A DNA stretch of 64,000 bases, taken from the sequence record NC_041972.1; one strand, written 5' to 3'. Shown here piece after piece: positions 55,773 through 64,000 of the stretch. A model generated the notes under the pieces. It was not told the origin of the DNA. It ran no database searches and was given only the letters and a program-made list of their open reading frames with translations. Numbering within the stretch: position 1 is the stretch's first letter; every line of letters starts with the position of its first letter. Both the position numbers and the translations under genes were made by a program.

Positions 55773-57884
55773 ATGGATTTATTCATTAACCACCCGAGTG
55801 AGTATAAACGCGATTACCGTATTTATCATCACTACGTTGAAGGAAAGGCACTTGCCATTTCCAAGATCACCGGCCGTCCGCTTGATGAAGCACGTGAGTA
55901 CGTTACCCGTGTTACCGGCGAGACCGGGAAGTTTGCGTTACAAGATCCGCGGGTTAAAATCCTGGTGCGGAACAAAGTGGGCGACCGTGAACTAAAGTAC
56001 ACCACCTTTAATAAGTTTCTGAAGGCCGTAGAAGACCGTGGTGCGATTTTATCACCGAGCCTGACTGCTTACCTACATCCGAAAGAGAAGGTCTCACAAT
56101 ACGCTGTATCGACTGATAAGAACATCAAAGCGCGTAAAGTGATTAAGCATGAGATGTTCATCGCCGAACAACGCGGTGACATGGTGACCAAGAACGTAAA
56201 AGAGATCATGCAGACTGGGCGTAAGCTCACCAACAACGGAATGTCCGGCGGGTTTTGTACCGCATCGACACCGTTCTTCTGCCGATCAGCCCACAGCTCA
56301 CTGACCTCCTGCTGTCGTAGTGCTACCAGTTCCACCAATGCCTTCAACGAGAAGTTCTTGGCCGGGAACCGCCACTACTACAGTCCCGAGATTACCATTG
56401 AGTCGATTACTACGCTGATCCGCTTCAGCGACCTGGAGAAAATCCAGGCGGTCATGACCGAGTTTAATCTGCAAGCACCAACCGTCACACAGACCATGGC
56501 CTGTATCTATCGCAGTACCCGGCGCTATTGGTCTGACAAGTACTTCATGGGGGTGATCTTAAAACTCATTGAAGGGTTGACGGATGTTGAGCGTGCGGCG
56601 TTCATGTTTGTCTCCGATCTCTATCACCTGCGTGAAGTCAACCCGGACTTTGTGCGCAAGTTCTTAATCGATCTGGCAGAGCGCAGTGAAGACCAGTTGG
56701 CTGACGATGTGAAGATGAAGGATGGGGATTGCCGTATCCTGGCGACCATGAAGTGTGCGGACGATATCGCGCGTATCGGGACAAAGAACCTGGAGCACAG
56801 CGAAGAGTTCAAAGCACGCCTGAAAGCGAACTATGTATTGAGTGAACGCAACATCACGCAATATGAATCGTTCATCCGCGCCTTCTTTGTTACCAAGAAC
56901 ACCCCGACCAGCATTGCCATGATGCCGCACCATGTGCGTGAAGTGGTATTGGCATCCGATACCGACTCCTCAATCTTTACCGAGCAGATCTGGATTGACT
57001 GGATTCAGCCAGACTACTCCAAACGCCAAGAACGTATCCAGGTAAACGCCGCAGTAACTTTCCTGATCTCGCAGCAGGTCGTGCATTTACTGGCAATCGT
57101 TTCCGGTAACATCGGGGTAGCGGACGAACATCTGTTCCGTCTGGCAATGAAGAACGAATACTACTTCGAAACGTTTGTGTTGACCAACATGGGTAAACAC
57201 TACTTTGCGACCCAGGCTGCCCGTGAAGGGAACTTCTTCCCGAAACCCAAGCTTGAGCTCAAGGGTGTGCACTTACGCAACTCTAACGTACCGAAAGAGA
57301 TTCGAGACCGCGGTAACAAACTGATCAACGACATCCTGGATAAGTCCAACGTCAATGAGCAGTTCTCGGTGGTAGATCTGTTAAACCAGGTTGGGGATAT
57401 AGAGCGCTTCATCATCAACTCCATTACCAAAGGCGAAACGATCTTCTTAACCAAAGCCACGATCAAGGATAAGGGGTCTTACGCTAAACCGTACAGCTCA
57501 AACTACTACCACTACTGTATGTGGCAGGAAGTCTTTGCTGAGAAATATGGTCAAGCACCGCCATTGCAATACATTGGTCTGAAAGCGAAGTTGGGCCTGA
57601 GCTCACAAACCGCCGTGAACGATTGGCTGGACAGCTTAGACGACCAAGCCCTGGCTGAGCGTATGCGTAAGTTCTTAGTGAAGTACGGCAAGAAGTCGAT
57701 CACCCAGGTGGTCATGCCGGCAGATATCGTGATGAACATGGGTGTGCCACCTGAGATCATTGCCGGTATCGATCTGCGTAACCTGATCATGGAGAACCTG
57801 TCCATGGTGTATTCGTGTCTTGAATCGCTAGGCCTTTATTACGTAAACGACAACGCAACCAAACTGGTATCTGACGAACATTAA
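55773..57884 (+). CDS. DNA polymerase, family B, polymerase-domain subunit (phiKZ gp50-like)
   Basis: Motif C SDTDS, motif B KLTNNGMSG, KHYFA...KLELKG; position two genes upstream of chimallin. Confidence 0.9.
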   Translation: MDLFINHPSEYKRDYRIYHHYVEGKALAISKITGRPLDEAREYVTRVTGETGKFALQDPRVKILVRNKVGDRELKYTTFNKFLKAVEDRGAILSPSLTAYLHPKEKVSQYAVSTDKNIKARKVIKHEMFIAEQRGDMVTKNVKEIMQTGRKLTNNGMSGGFCTASTPFFCRSAHSSLTSCCRSATSSTNAFNEKFLAGNRHYYSPEITIESITTLIRFSDLEKIQAVMTEFNLQAPTVTQTMACIYRSTRRYWSDKYFMGVILKLIEGLTDVERAAFMFVSDLYHLREVNPDFVRKFLIDLAERSEDQLADDVKMKDGDCRILATMKCADDIARIGTKNLEHSEEFKARLKANYVLSERNITQYESFIRAFFVTKNTPTSIAMMPHHVREVVLASDTDSSIFTEQIWIDWIQPDYSKRQERIQVNAAVTFLISQQVVHLLAIVSGNIGVADEHLFRLAMKNEYYFETFVLTNMGKHYFATQAAREGNFFPKPKLELKGVHLRNSNVPKEIRDRGNKLINDILDKSNVNEQFSVVDLLNQVGDIERFIINSITKGETIFLTKATIKDKGSYAKPYSSNYYHYCMWQEVFAEKYGQAPPLQYIGLKAKLGLSSQTAVNDWLDSLDDQALAERMRKFLVKYGKKSITQVVMPADIVMNMGVPPEIIAGIDLRNLIMENLSMVYSCLESLGLYYVNDNATKLVSDEH

Positions 57885-57890
57885 TCTCCG

Positions 57891-57950
57891 TCGGCATAAA
57901 GGCCTCTTAGCGGGATAACCCCCGCTAAGAGCGCCCTTTTATTTATGTGT
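57891..57950. terminator. Bidirectional terminator
   Basis: CTCTTAGCGGG-ATAAC-CCCGCTAAGAG, with CGGCATAA on the left and TTTATGTG on the right; convergent genes. Confidence 0.8.
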
Positions 57951-59055
57951 CTTTGCCGGTGATCATATTCTGGATATGGGTCAGCTCGTAATCGATGGTG
58001 TTCTTGACCTTGCTGGTTAAACCACTCAGATAGAAGGTGTTGTCTGACCGGATGCGTTGAATCGCGTGCAAGATGGTGTTGAAGTTCGCACCCTCTTTTC
58101 GCCGTTTAAACGACACCTCCAGCTCCACCAGGAAATCGATCACCCAGGTGCGGGCGATGATCCACGCCCAACGGTTCTGTCGCATCTCCATGTCAATCGG
58201 TAACCGGATCGCATCGTACCCGTTTCGCCAGACAGTAGGGATATGCAGTAACACCGCTTCAAAGAACCGCTGACTGCGTTGGAGCTCCACCACAGTTCTA
58301 ACAATCACCTGATCGGTGATGGCCAGTTCATCGTTGAGCCAGAAGCTTTGTCTGACATTGCGGGTTTCCCGTAAGTCATTATCATAGCGACCGATAAAGC
58401 GATTGAAGATGGCGATGTCATTGTGGGACTTGAGCAGATTGGGGATCGGGTACTTGGTGACGAACAGATAGGGCGCGGGTGCTGTTGCGCCATCTTTGGT
58501 TTGCTCACGCAACCACATCAAGTACTGCAGTGCTAATAAAGGAATGTTGATACTGAGTACCGCGATCCCTGAGCCGCCTAAGTCATGCTTCTTACAGAGC
58601 AAACCGTAGTAGGTGACATTATAAGGGTGGCGATGGACTTTGATCGGTTCCGCATCTTGCCAGTTATACAGCATCTCCGGTTTAAACGGTTCAGAGTTGG
58701 TGATGATGATCTCATCTACCGAGTCGTCGTAGAACTGAGAGCGCACGATGGCACCGAAGCGTGTGGCACTGGTTAAGTTGAATTTATTACCATAGCGGTA
58801 ATCCACGGCCCGTAGGTCATCGTAGTACTTTCGTACATTATCGAGAGATAATTGTGTAAGACTGCCGCCTGGTAGTGGTAACTCCTTTATGAGCTTCACC
58901 ACCAGATGGTTATTCAATATGGAATTCTCGTTTGACCGCCAATGGTTAAGCGCACGTTCCATATTGCGATGGGAAATATCGACAAGTCTTTTGTGCAGCG
59001 GCGTCAACATGCTACCGTAATTGGTAGTGACGTCAGAGGCAAATAGGTTAAGCAT
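57943..59055 (-). CDS. Conserved hypothetical protein between DNA polymerase and chimallin, 370 aa
   Basis: Long minus-strand ORF; synteny typical of Chimalliviridae. Confidence 0.75.
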   Translation of the reverse strand: MLNLFASDVTTNYGSMLTPLHKRLVDISHRNMERALNHWRSNENSILNNHLVVKLIKELPLPGGSLTQLSLDNVRKYYDDLRAVDYRYGNKFNLTSATRFGAIVRSQFYDDSVDEIIITNSEPFKPEMLYNWQDAEPIKVHRHPYNVTYYGLLCKKHDLGGSGIAVLSINIPLLALQYLMWLREQTKDGATAPAPYLFVTKYPIPNLLKSHNDIAIFNRFIGRYDNDLRETRNVRQSFWLNDELAITDQVIVRTVVELQRSQRFFEAVLLHIPTVWRNGYDAIRLPIDMEMRQNRWAWIIARTWVIDFLVELEVSFKRRKEGANFNTILHAIQRIRSDNTFYLSGLTSKVKNTIDYELTHIQNMITGKDT

Positions 59056-59199
59056 ACGACCTCTATTGACTATATGTAAAAGTGTACATGGCTCGAGTAT
59101 ATATTATGTAAGAGGTCACACTCTTGACTCCCTGTTCACGCAGGGGGTCGAACTGAGGGTAATGCTGCCTCAAAAGGTAAATTCAAAAAAATTACAAGT

Positions 59200-59208
59200 C
59201 TATATTAC
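59200..59208 (+). promoter_or_regulatory. Early-promoter-like motif CTATATTAC upstream of chmA
   Basis: Near-identical context to the 17459 copy. Confidence 0.75.
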
Positions 59209-59277
59209 GTATGTGTATAGAGTAATCTATGCAACATTAGCTAATGTAAACTTGCAAGTAAATTAAAAGGAATCGGT

Positions 59278-61413
59278 ATGAAAACTCCTGAAGGCGAAAA
59301 CAAGGCACAGGGTCAGCAGCCATCTGACCAGCAGCAGCCTAACAATTCGGCAATGGGTGATGCGCTACTACAAGCGCAACAGAGGCAGAGTCAGCAGCCA
59401 CAGCAGCAGCAAACTCCGCCTCAACAAGCGCCGCAGTCAGCACCTCAACCAGTGCAAGCAGCAACCCAGCAACAGCAACACACCCCACAATTTCATCAGA
59501 CTGCAGGTAACAGCACCGTGAACAACACAACTAACAACACCAACACCGAACAACAGCAGCCGCGTCAGTCACGCATTTACGGCATGAACGAACGCCGTTC
59601 TCGTATCTTCGACGCGACCGCGTTTGGTGAAAACTTTAAGATCGCGCTGGAAGCGACCAAAGAAGTGCTGGAAGGCTATGAAGATAAAGGTTTCAACAAA
59701 TCTTTCTTCCTGGTTCCCGTTGCTGATGCAACCCTGCACTGCAATGGCCTGGCGTATGCGTCTGTGTTCAACTTCGGCGGCAGCACCAAAGCAATCGTCT
59801 ATACCCTGATGCTGGAAAACACCGGCTCGCCACTGAAACCACAGCGCGGTAACGATCCACTGACGGGCGAACCGTTTGAGATCCCACGCATGACCGGTTC
59901 TCAGTACGACAACACCTACTGGGCTCGTGTAGCACAGCTGGTCGCGCACCGTGTTGGTAACAACGCAGAAGTGCTGGATGCTGGCGCCTGTGTGGTGCAC
60001 GCTGAGATGAAGTGGGACGACAAGTCTGCGATCAAACAGCTGCTGAACAACGCAGAAAACGCCACCATGGCGTATGCGAACAGCCTGTCTGGTTACCGTA
60101 TCGAACCACCATTCAACATCGCGCAGGAAGTGGACCCGAACATCGACCGCATCACCGCGGGCTTTAACTTCAATCCACAGCCGCTGTTCACTGTTGATGG
60201 TCAGCCGATCCGTAACGACGTCGAAGTGAAACTGTCTGCTTACGCAGAAGGCGCAGGCCAGGTTCAGACCACCGAAGCCATCACCACCGTGAACGGCTAT
60301 GTTGAGCTGATCGCTGCACCGCAGCAGCAGATGGGTTATCAGCAGCAGATGATGATGGGTATGAACCCGCAGCAGGCGATGCAGTTCTACCGTCGCTTCT
60401 ACCCGCAGTTCACCATCACTTCAACTGGTACCGGTATCTCTAACGCACAGGGTCCTGAGTTCCAGCTGCTGGCGCTGTTCGCTGCTTCACTGATTGGTGA
60501 AAACAGCAACTGGCACCATGCGTTTGCGCCGAAGATGGTAAACGGTGTCGATATCAACGATATCGGTGCGATCAACTACGAACTGAAAATGGGTCTGGAA
60601 AGCCCAGATGACCGTCCGAAGAAGATCATCACCAAAGACCACAGCTTCACCACGCAGGCTCTGCATCAGCTGCTGTACACCGCATGCCACGAATCCATGT
60701 CAATCGCGATCGACATCGAAGAGACCGGCACGCGTACCTGGGTTAACTCCATGCTGCTTCTGGCTGGCGGTCAACCAAACGGTAATGCTGCAGCACTGAG
60801 CCCACAGGGTCAGCAGGCGCACAAAGCGATCATCCAGGCGGCGAACAACCTGACCAACGGTGAGTTCAGCAAACACTTCACCGATCAGAACCAGCTGATT
60901 GCTGTACGTGACGGTACCCGTATTCAGGGTGGTTTCTACGTCTCTAAAGACAACCATCAGAAAATGGATATCCGTAACGTCGACCTGCTGGCGGTTCTGA
61001 ACTTCGTCGGTGAAACTGATCCGCGTATCGTGGAAGAGTGGAAAATCATCACCAGCTCTACTTCTGGTATGTCTACTCCGAAACGTGTCGCGCTGCGTCA
61101 GCAGAAACTGCAGCAGCTGCTGGGTGAGTCTTTCGTCCTGAAAGCTTACTACGAGCGTGTAGTGATCAACTGGGCATTCATGGATGCTCTGCGTAAAGCA
61201 ATCACTGCAGCAGGCCTGATCGTGCGTCCGGAAAACACCAACATGCAGTACAACGTACAGAGCTACGGCACGCCAATGGCGCAGCTGTACGGCATGCCTA
61301 CCAACATCGGCAGCTCACTGCAGCAGGGCGCTTACGCAACCGACAACCAAGGTCGCGTAGTGAACATGGCAGCGTTCCGTACTGGTGGTGCATTCGGTAC
61401 GTTCAACGGCTAA
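59278..61413 (+). CDS. chmA: Chimallin, major phage nucleus shell protein
   Basis: 711 aa; position between DNA polymerase and nvRNAP beta'; highly biased codons; early promoter upstream; Q-rich N-terminus. Confidence 0.88.
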   Translation: MKTPEGENKAQGQQPSDQQQPNNSAMGDALLQAQQRQSQQPQQQQTPPQQAPQSAPQPVQAATQQQQHTPQFHQTAGNSTVNNTTNNTNTEQQQPRQSRIYGMNERRSRIFDATAFGENFKIALEATKEVLEGYEDKGFNKSFFLVPVADATLHCNGLAYASVFNFGGSTKAIVYTLMLENTGSPLKPQRGNDPLTGEPFEIPRMTGSQYDNTYWARVAQLVAHRVGNNAEVLDAGACVVHAEMKWDDKSAIKQLLNNAENATMAYANSLSGYRIEPPFNIAQEVDPNIDRITAGFNFNPQPLFTVDGQPIRNDVEVKLSAYAEGAGQVQTTEAITTVNGYVELIAAPQQQMGYQQQMMMGMNPQQAMQFYRRFYPQFTITSTGTGISNAQGPEFQLLALFAASLIGENSNWHHAFAPKMVNGVDINDIGAINYELKMGLESPDDRPKKIITKDHSFTTQALHQLLYTACHESMSIAIDIEETGTRTWVNSMLLLAGGQPNGNAAALSPQGQQAHKAIIQAANNLTNGEFSKHFTDQNQLIAVRDGTRIQGGFYVSKDNHQKMDIRNVDLLAVLNFVGETDPRIVEEWKIITSSTSGMSTPKRVALRQQKLQQLLGESFVLKAYYERVVINWAFMDALRKAITAAGLIVRPENTNMQYNVQSYGTPMAQLYGMPTNIGSSLQQGAYATDNQGRVVNMAAFRTGGAFGTFNG

Positions 61414-61444
61414 TCCGGCGTTGTAAGCAAGCAGTAACATGAAC

Positions 61445-61480
61445 GGGTAGGCGGGAAACCGCCTACCTTGTTTATGCCCA
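61445..61480 (+). terminator. Hairpin (GAAA loop) + TTTATGCC
   Basis: GGTAGGCGG-GAAA-CCGCCTACC then TTGTTTATGCCC. Confidence 0.75.
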
Positions 61481-61518
61481 CTTTATTTTTTAGTAGTACG
61501 TAAAAAGGAAAACCGGTA

Positions 61519-63006
61519 ATGATGCATGAAATGCAAGCAGCGCAACCGGCACTCGTGCAAGAAGGTGGTTTGACGGCTGTTGTGGGAAACCATGACCAAC
61601 ACTTCTTCATGTTGTCGCGTCCACCCATCATTGCTAACGACTATGACCTCTCGATCGAAGCTGACCGACAAGCCCTGAATAACCACCTGCGGGTGAGTTA
61701 TGATACGGACATGTTCAGTGTCAAGCCGAAGTGTCAGTGTGGCCATACCAGCGGCGGTGATAAAGTTGGAAAGCTGTGTGTAAAGTGCGGCACGAAGGTC
61801 ACTACCGTAACCGAAGAAGAGATTGAGTCTCAGCTCTGGTTACGCAAGCCTGAAGGTGTAAAGGGCTTCATTAACCCACAGTTATGGTTATTGTTCTTTG
61901 AACCGTTTAATGTCAAAGGGTTCAATCCAATGGAGTGGTTTGCAGACCGTTCCTATACTCCAGCCAAGGGGGGTATGGATTACAAGAACAAAGATGTGTA
62001 CAAAGTCTGTGCGGACATGGGTATCGAACGAGGCATAAACTCCTTGTACGATAACTTTGACGCTATCGTAACAAACCTACTTAACTCTCCGGTCGTGCGT
62101 GATCAGGTCACGTCACAAGAAGTGCTGCGTCAACGTTCTGATTTGTTTATTAAATACCGTGATCGTTTCTTCTGTGAACACTTACCGATGCCATCCAAGC
62201 TGATGTTTGTGGTGGAATCCAATGCAACCGGTCGCTATGCTGCTCCTGAGATGAAACTGGCTCTGGATGCAGCGTTAACCGTCTGTTCAGCAAAACGCCA
62301 ACTGCATACGGTGCGGGATGTACGCTTTAATGAAAGCATTGCGATTAAAGTGGTCCGTCAGATCTCGAAGTTCTATGCGACACATGACAGTGACAACTTT
62401 GCGGGTAAGTTAGGGTTACTGCGTAAGAACATTGCTGGAGCAAAACATCCGTGGACCGGTCGTTGTGTGATTACCTCGCACACGGGCGACCATGACATGG
62501 ATGAAGTGATCCTACCACGTTGTTTGGCGATCCCGATGTTGAAATACCACATCATCAACAAACTGCGTCGTCGGAACTACACCCCAACACAATGCCTCAA
62601 ACTGATCCAGGCGGGTATTAAGCAAACCATCCCAGTGATCGATGAGGTGTTAGATGAACTCCTCGCAGAAAGCCCTACAGCGTCGATACGGGTATATGTG
62701 CAACGAAACCCAACCCTGCGTTGGTTATCGAACCGCCGGTTCCATTGCCGAACCATCAACCGCGATCCAAATGACATCAGTATCCGTATCAGTACCTTAT
62801 CTATCAAATCCTCGAATGCGGACTTTGATGGTGATGAACTGAACGTGATGTTACAGCTGGATAACGTCTCAGCGAACTATGCGGAAGCGTTTGGTTCACA
62901 CAACTGTGTGCTGGACATGAACACCCCGCTGAAGATCTCTGGTGACGTGGGTCTGCCGGGTACGTTGATCTCGACCATGAACCGTTGGATGTACAGTAAC
63001 GACTAA
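61519..63006 (+). CDS. Non-virion RNA polymerase beta' subunit (phiKZ gp55-like)
   Basis: Zn-finger CQCG...C..C, catalytic NADFDGD, GLLRKNIAG...TGRCVI; no intron visible. Confidence 0.95.
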   Translation: MMHEMQAAQPALVQEGGLTAVVGNHDQHFFMLSRPPIIANDYDLSIEADRQALNNHLRVSYDTDMFSVKPKCQCGHTSGGDKVGKLCVKCGTKVTTVTEEEIESQLWLRKPEGVKGFINPQLWLLFFEPFNVKGFNPMEWFADRSYTPAKGGMDYKNKDVYKVCADMGIERGINSLYDNFDAIVTNLLNSPVVRDQVTSQEVLRQRSDLFIKYRDRFFCEHLPMPSKLMFVVESNATGRYAAPEMKLALDAALTVCSAKRQLHTVRDVRFNESIAIKVVRQISKFYATHDSDNFAGKLGLLRKNIAGAKHPWTGRCVITSHTGDHDMDEVILPRCLAIPMLKYHIINKLRRRNYTPTQCLKLIQAGIKQTIPVIDEVLDELLAESPTASIRVYVQRNPTLRWLSNRRFHCRTINRDPNDISIRISTLSIKSSNADFDGDELNVMLQLDNVSANYAEAFGSHNCVLDMNTPLKISGDVGLPGTLISTMNRWMYSND

Positions 63007-63057
63007 ACTTATGGCCAGGGGTAATTCCCTGGCCTTATTACCGACGGGATATTTTTT

Positions 63058-63705
63058 ATGGATAATTTGCTTGAAAGGGGACGGTTTCTTCTTGAGAAAA
63101 CTGCAGCCGCCATGAACCCTTATCCTTACACGATCATTTTCGTCACCACTCCAATGGATTGGGATGCTGTGGTCACCGCCATGCATGCTAATGATCCTGC
63201 AGCAAACATCATTCAACATAAAGGACAGTTCACGACCCGGCGCGATTACCAATATGTCATTTATCGAGATGAACATTGGTATATCGCTGGTGCGAACATG
63301 AGAAGTCTGCCTTACAACCATTACCATACCGGTGCGATGCTCGGTATCGCCATGGATCTGGGGCATGAGATCATTATCGATATCAGCAACCGCATCGGGA
63401 ATGATGCGACTGCGGCTCCGGCAATAACGGCGATCATGCACGATTGGTTTATGGTTAACTGGCGCGAAGCTGTGTGCGTGACCCATGAGAACTACCTGGC
63501 GTTTATTCCGGACGATGATTACTTGTACTTGAGTAACAACAAAAAGATACTCGGACAGGTGATTCGTGCACAAGAACAACTGGGGTCACCCCTGGCATTG
63601 ACGTCGGCGTTACAGCGTGAGTGTCAACGCCTGATGAACACCCAGGTGGTGATCGCACCGACAGGCTGGAACGCCACTACCTACTACAGCGGAGGTGAGG
63701 TATGA
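63058..63705 (+). CDS. Hypothetical protein, 215 aa
   Basis: GGGA SD; paralogous to the next ORF. Confidence 0.8.
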   Translation: MDNLLERGRFLLEKTAAAMNPYPYTIIFVTTPMDWDAVVTAMHANDPAANIIQHKGQFTTRRDYQYVIYRDEHWYIAGANMRSLPYNHYHTGAMLGIAMDLGHEIIIDISNRIGNDATAAPAITAIMHDWFMVNWREAVCVTHENYLAFIPDDDYLYLSNNKKILGQVIRAQEQLGSPLALTSALQRECQRLMNTQVVIAPTGWNATTYYSGGEV

Positions 63706-64000
63706 CGTTCGCTGAAGCTGAACAGTATATTTACAGTCTCAGTCAAGACGGCGGGGTCTATAAACAAGAGTTCATCTTTGTGTTTGATCCCGAGTCGTGG
63801 GATAAGGTGAACAGGGCGTTGGATATCCTGGACAATAACCGCGGGATCTGGGGAAAGAACGTTGGGCAGTTCACAACCGCCGGTATGACGACCTACGGAC
63901 CGGTGTCGGGAAGACTTAAAGGGTATGTTGTTATTGCTGTCCATTTCATGGGTGAACGTAAACTGTTCAATCCAGGGTATCTGCAACATGTGTTGAATAC
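63702..64000 (+). CDS. Hypothetical protein, partial (runs off the window)
   Basis: GAGGT SD; ATGA overlap; hand-translated MTFAEAEQYIYSLSQDGGVYKQEFIFVFDPESWDKV... with no stop to the end. Confidence 0.75.
   Translation, partial: MTFAEAEQYIYSLSQDGGVYKQEFIFVFDPESWDKVNRALDILDNNRGIWGKNVGQFTTAGMTTYGPVSGRLKGYVVIAVHFMGERKLFNPGYLQHVLN

Noticed and set aside
59136-59150. 15-nt match to the enterobacterial tRNA-Asp anticodon/variable region (TCACGCAGGGGGTCG)
   Set aside because: No D or T arm nearby and the anticodon is not preserved; could be chance.
61519-63006. Intron or intein in nvRNAP beta' (phiKZ gp55 is interrupted)
   Set aside because: The ORF is continuous at 495 aa. No homing-endonuclease or intein motifs seen here, or in the terminase or DNA polymerase.

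Overview
A 64-kb segment of a nucleus-forming jumbo myophage (phiKZ-like, Chimalliviridae), probably infecting an enterobacterium. From memory, the gene order and spacing match Erwinia phage RAY/Agricanvirus; I have not verified this. Core genes: a giant tape-measure-like protein with a GH19-like muralytic domain (minus strand, runs off the left edge and is missing from the ORF track), three virion RNA polymerase subunits, a modular endolysin, prohead protease, tail tube and sheath, three structural proteins, large terminase, head-protein paralogs, PhuZ tubulin, a B-family DNA polymerase subunit, chimallin (ChmA) and the non-virion RNAP beta' subunit. Accessory clusters of small hypothetical genes lie between these. 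The most unusual part is a largely non-coding RNA island at about 42.7-46.5 kb. It holds (i) a roughly 440-nt RNA closed by a 14-bp terminal helix, containing a circularly permuted tRNA-like domain (T arm before D arm, acceptor stem capped by a loop, no anticodon loop) and a loop of heptamer repeats; the same repeats occur at the ribosome-binding site of the adjacent 217-aa helical protein gene, suggesting a protein-ncRNA module; (ii) a type I hammerhead ribozyme with an intact core; and (iii) further GU-rich helices. The window also shows a recurring hairpin+TATGC terminator-like element, a recurring CTA(T/C)AT(T/C)A(C/T) early-promoter-like motif, and G-(L/M/I)-E protease-site-like motifs. 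I saw no complete tRNA, CRISPR array, intron or transposase.
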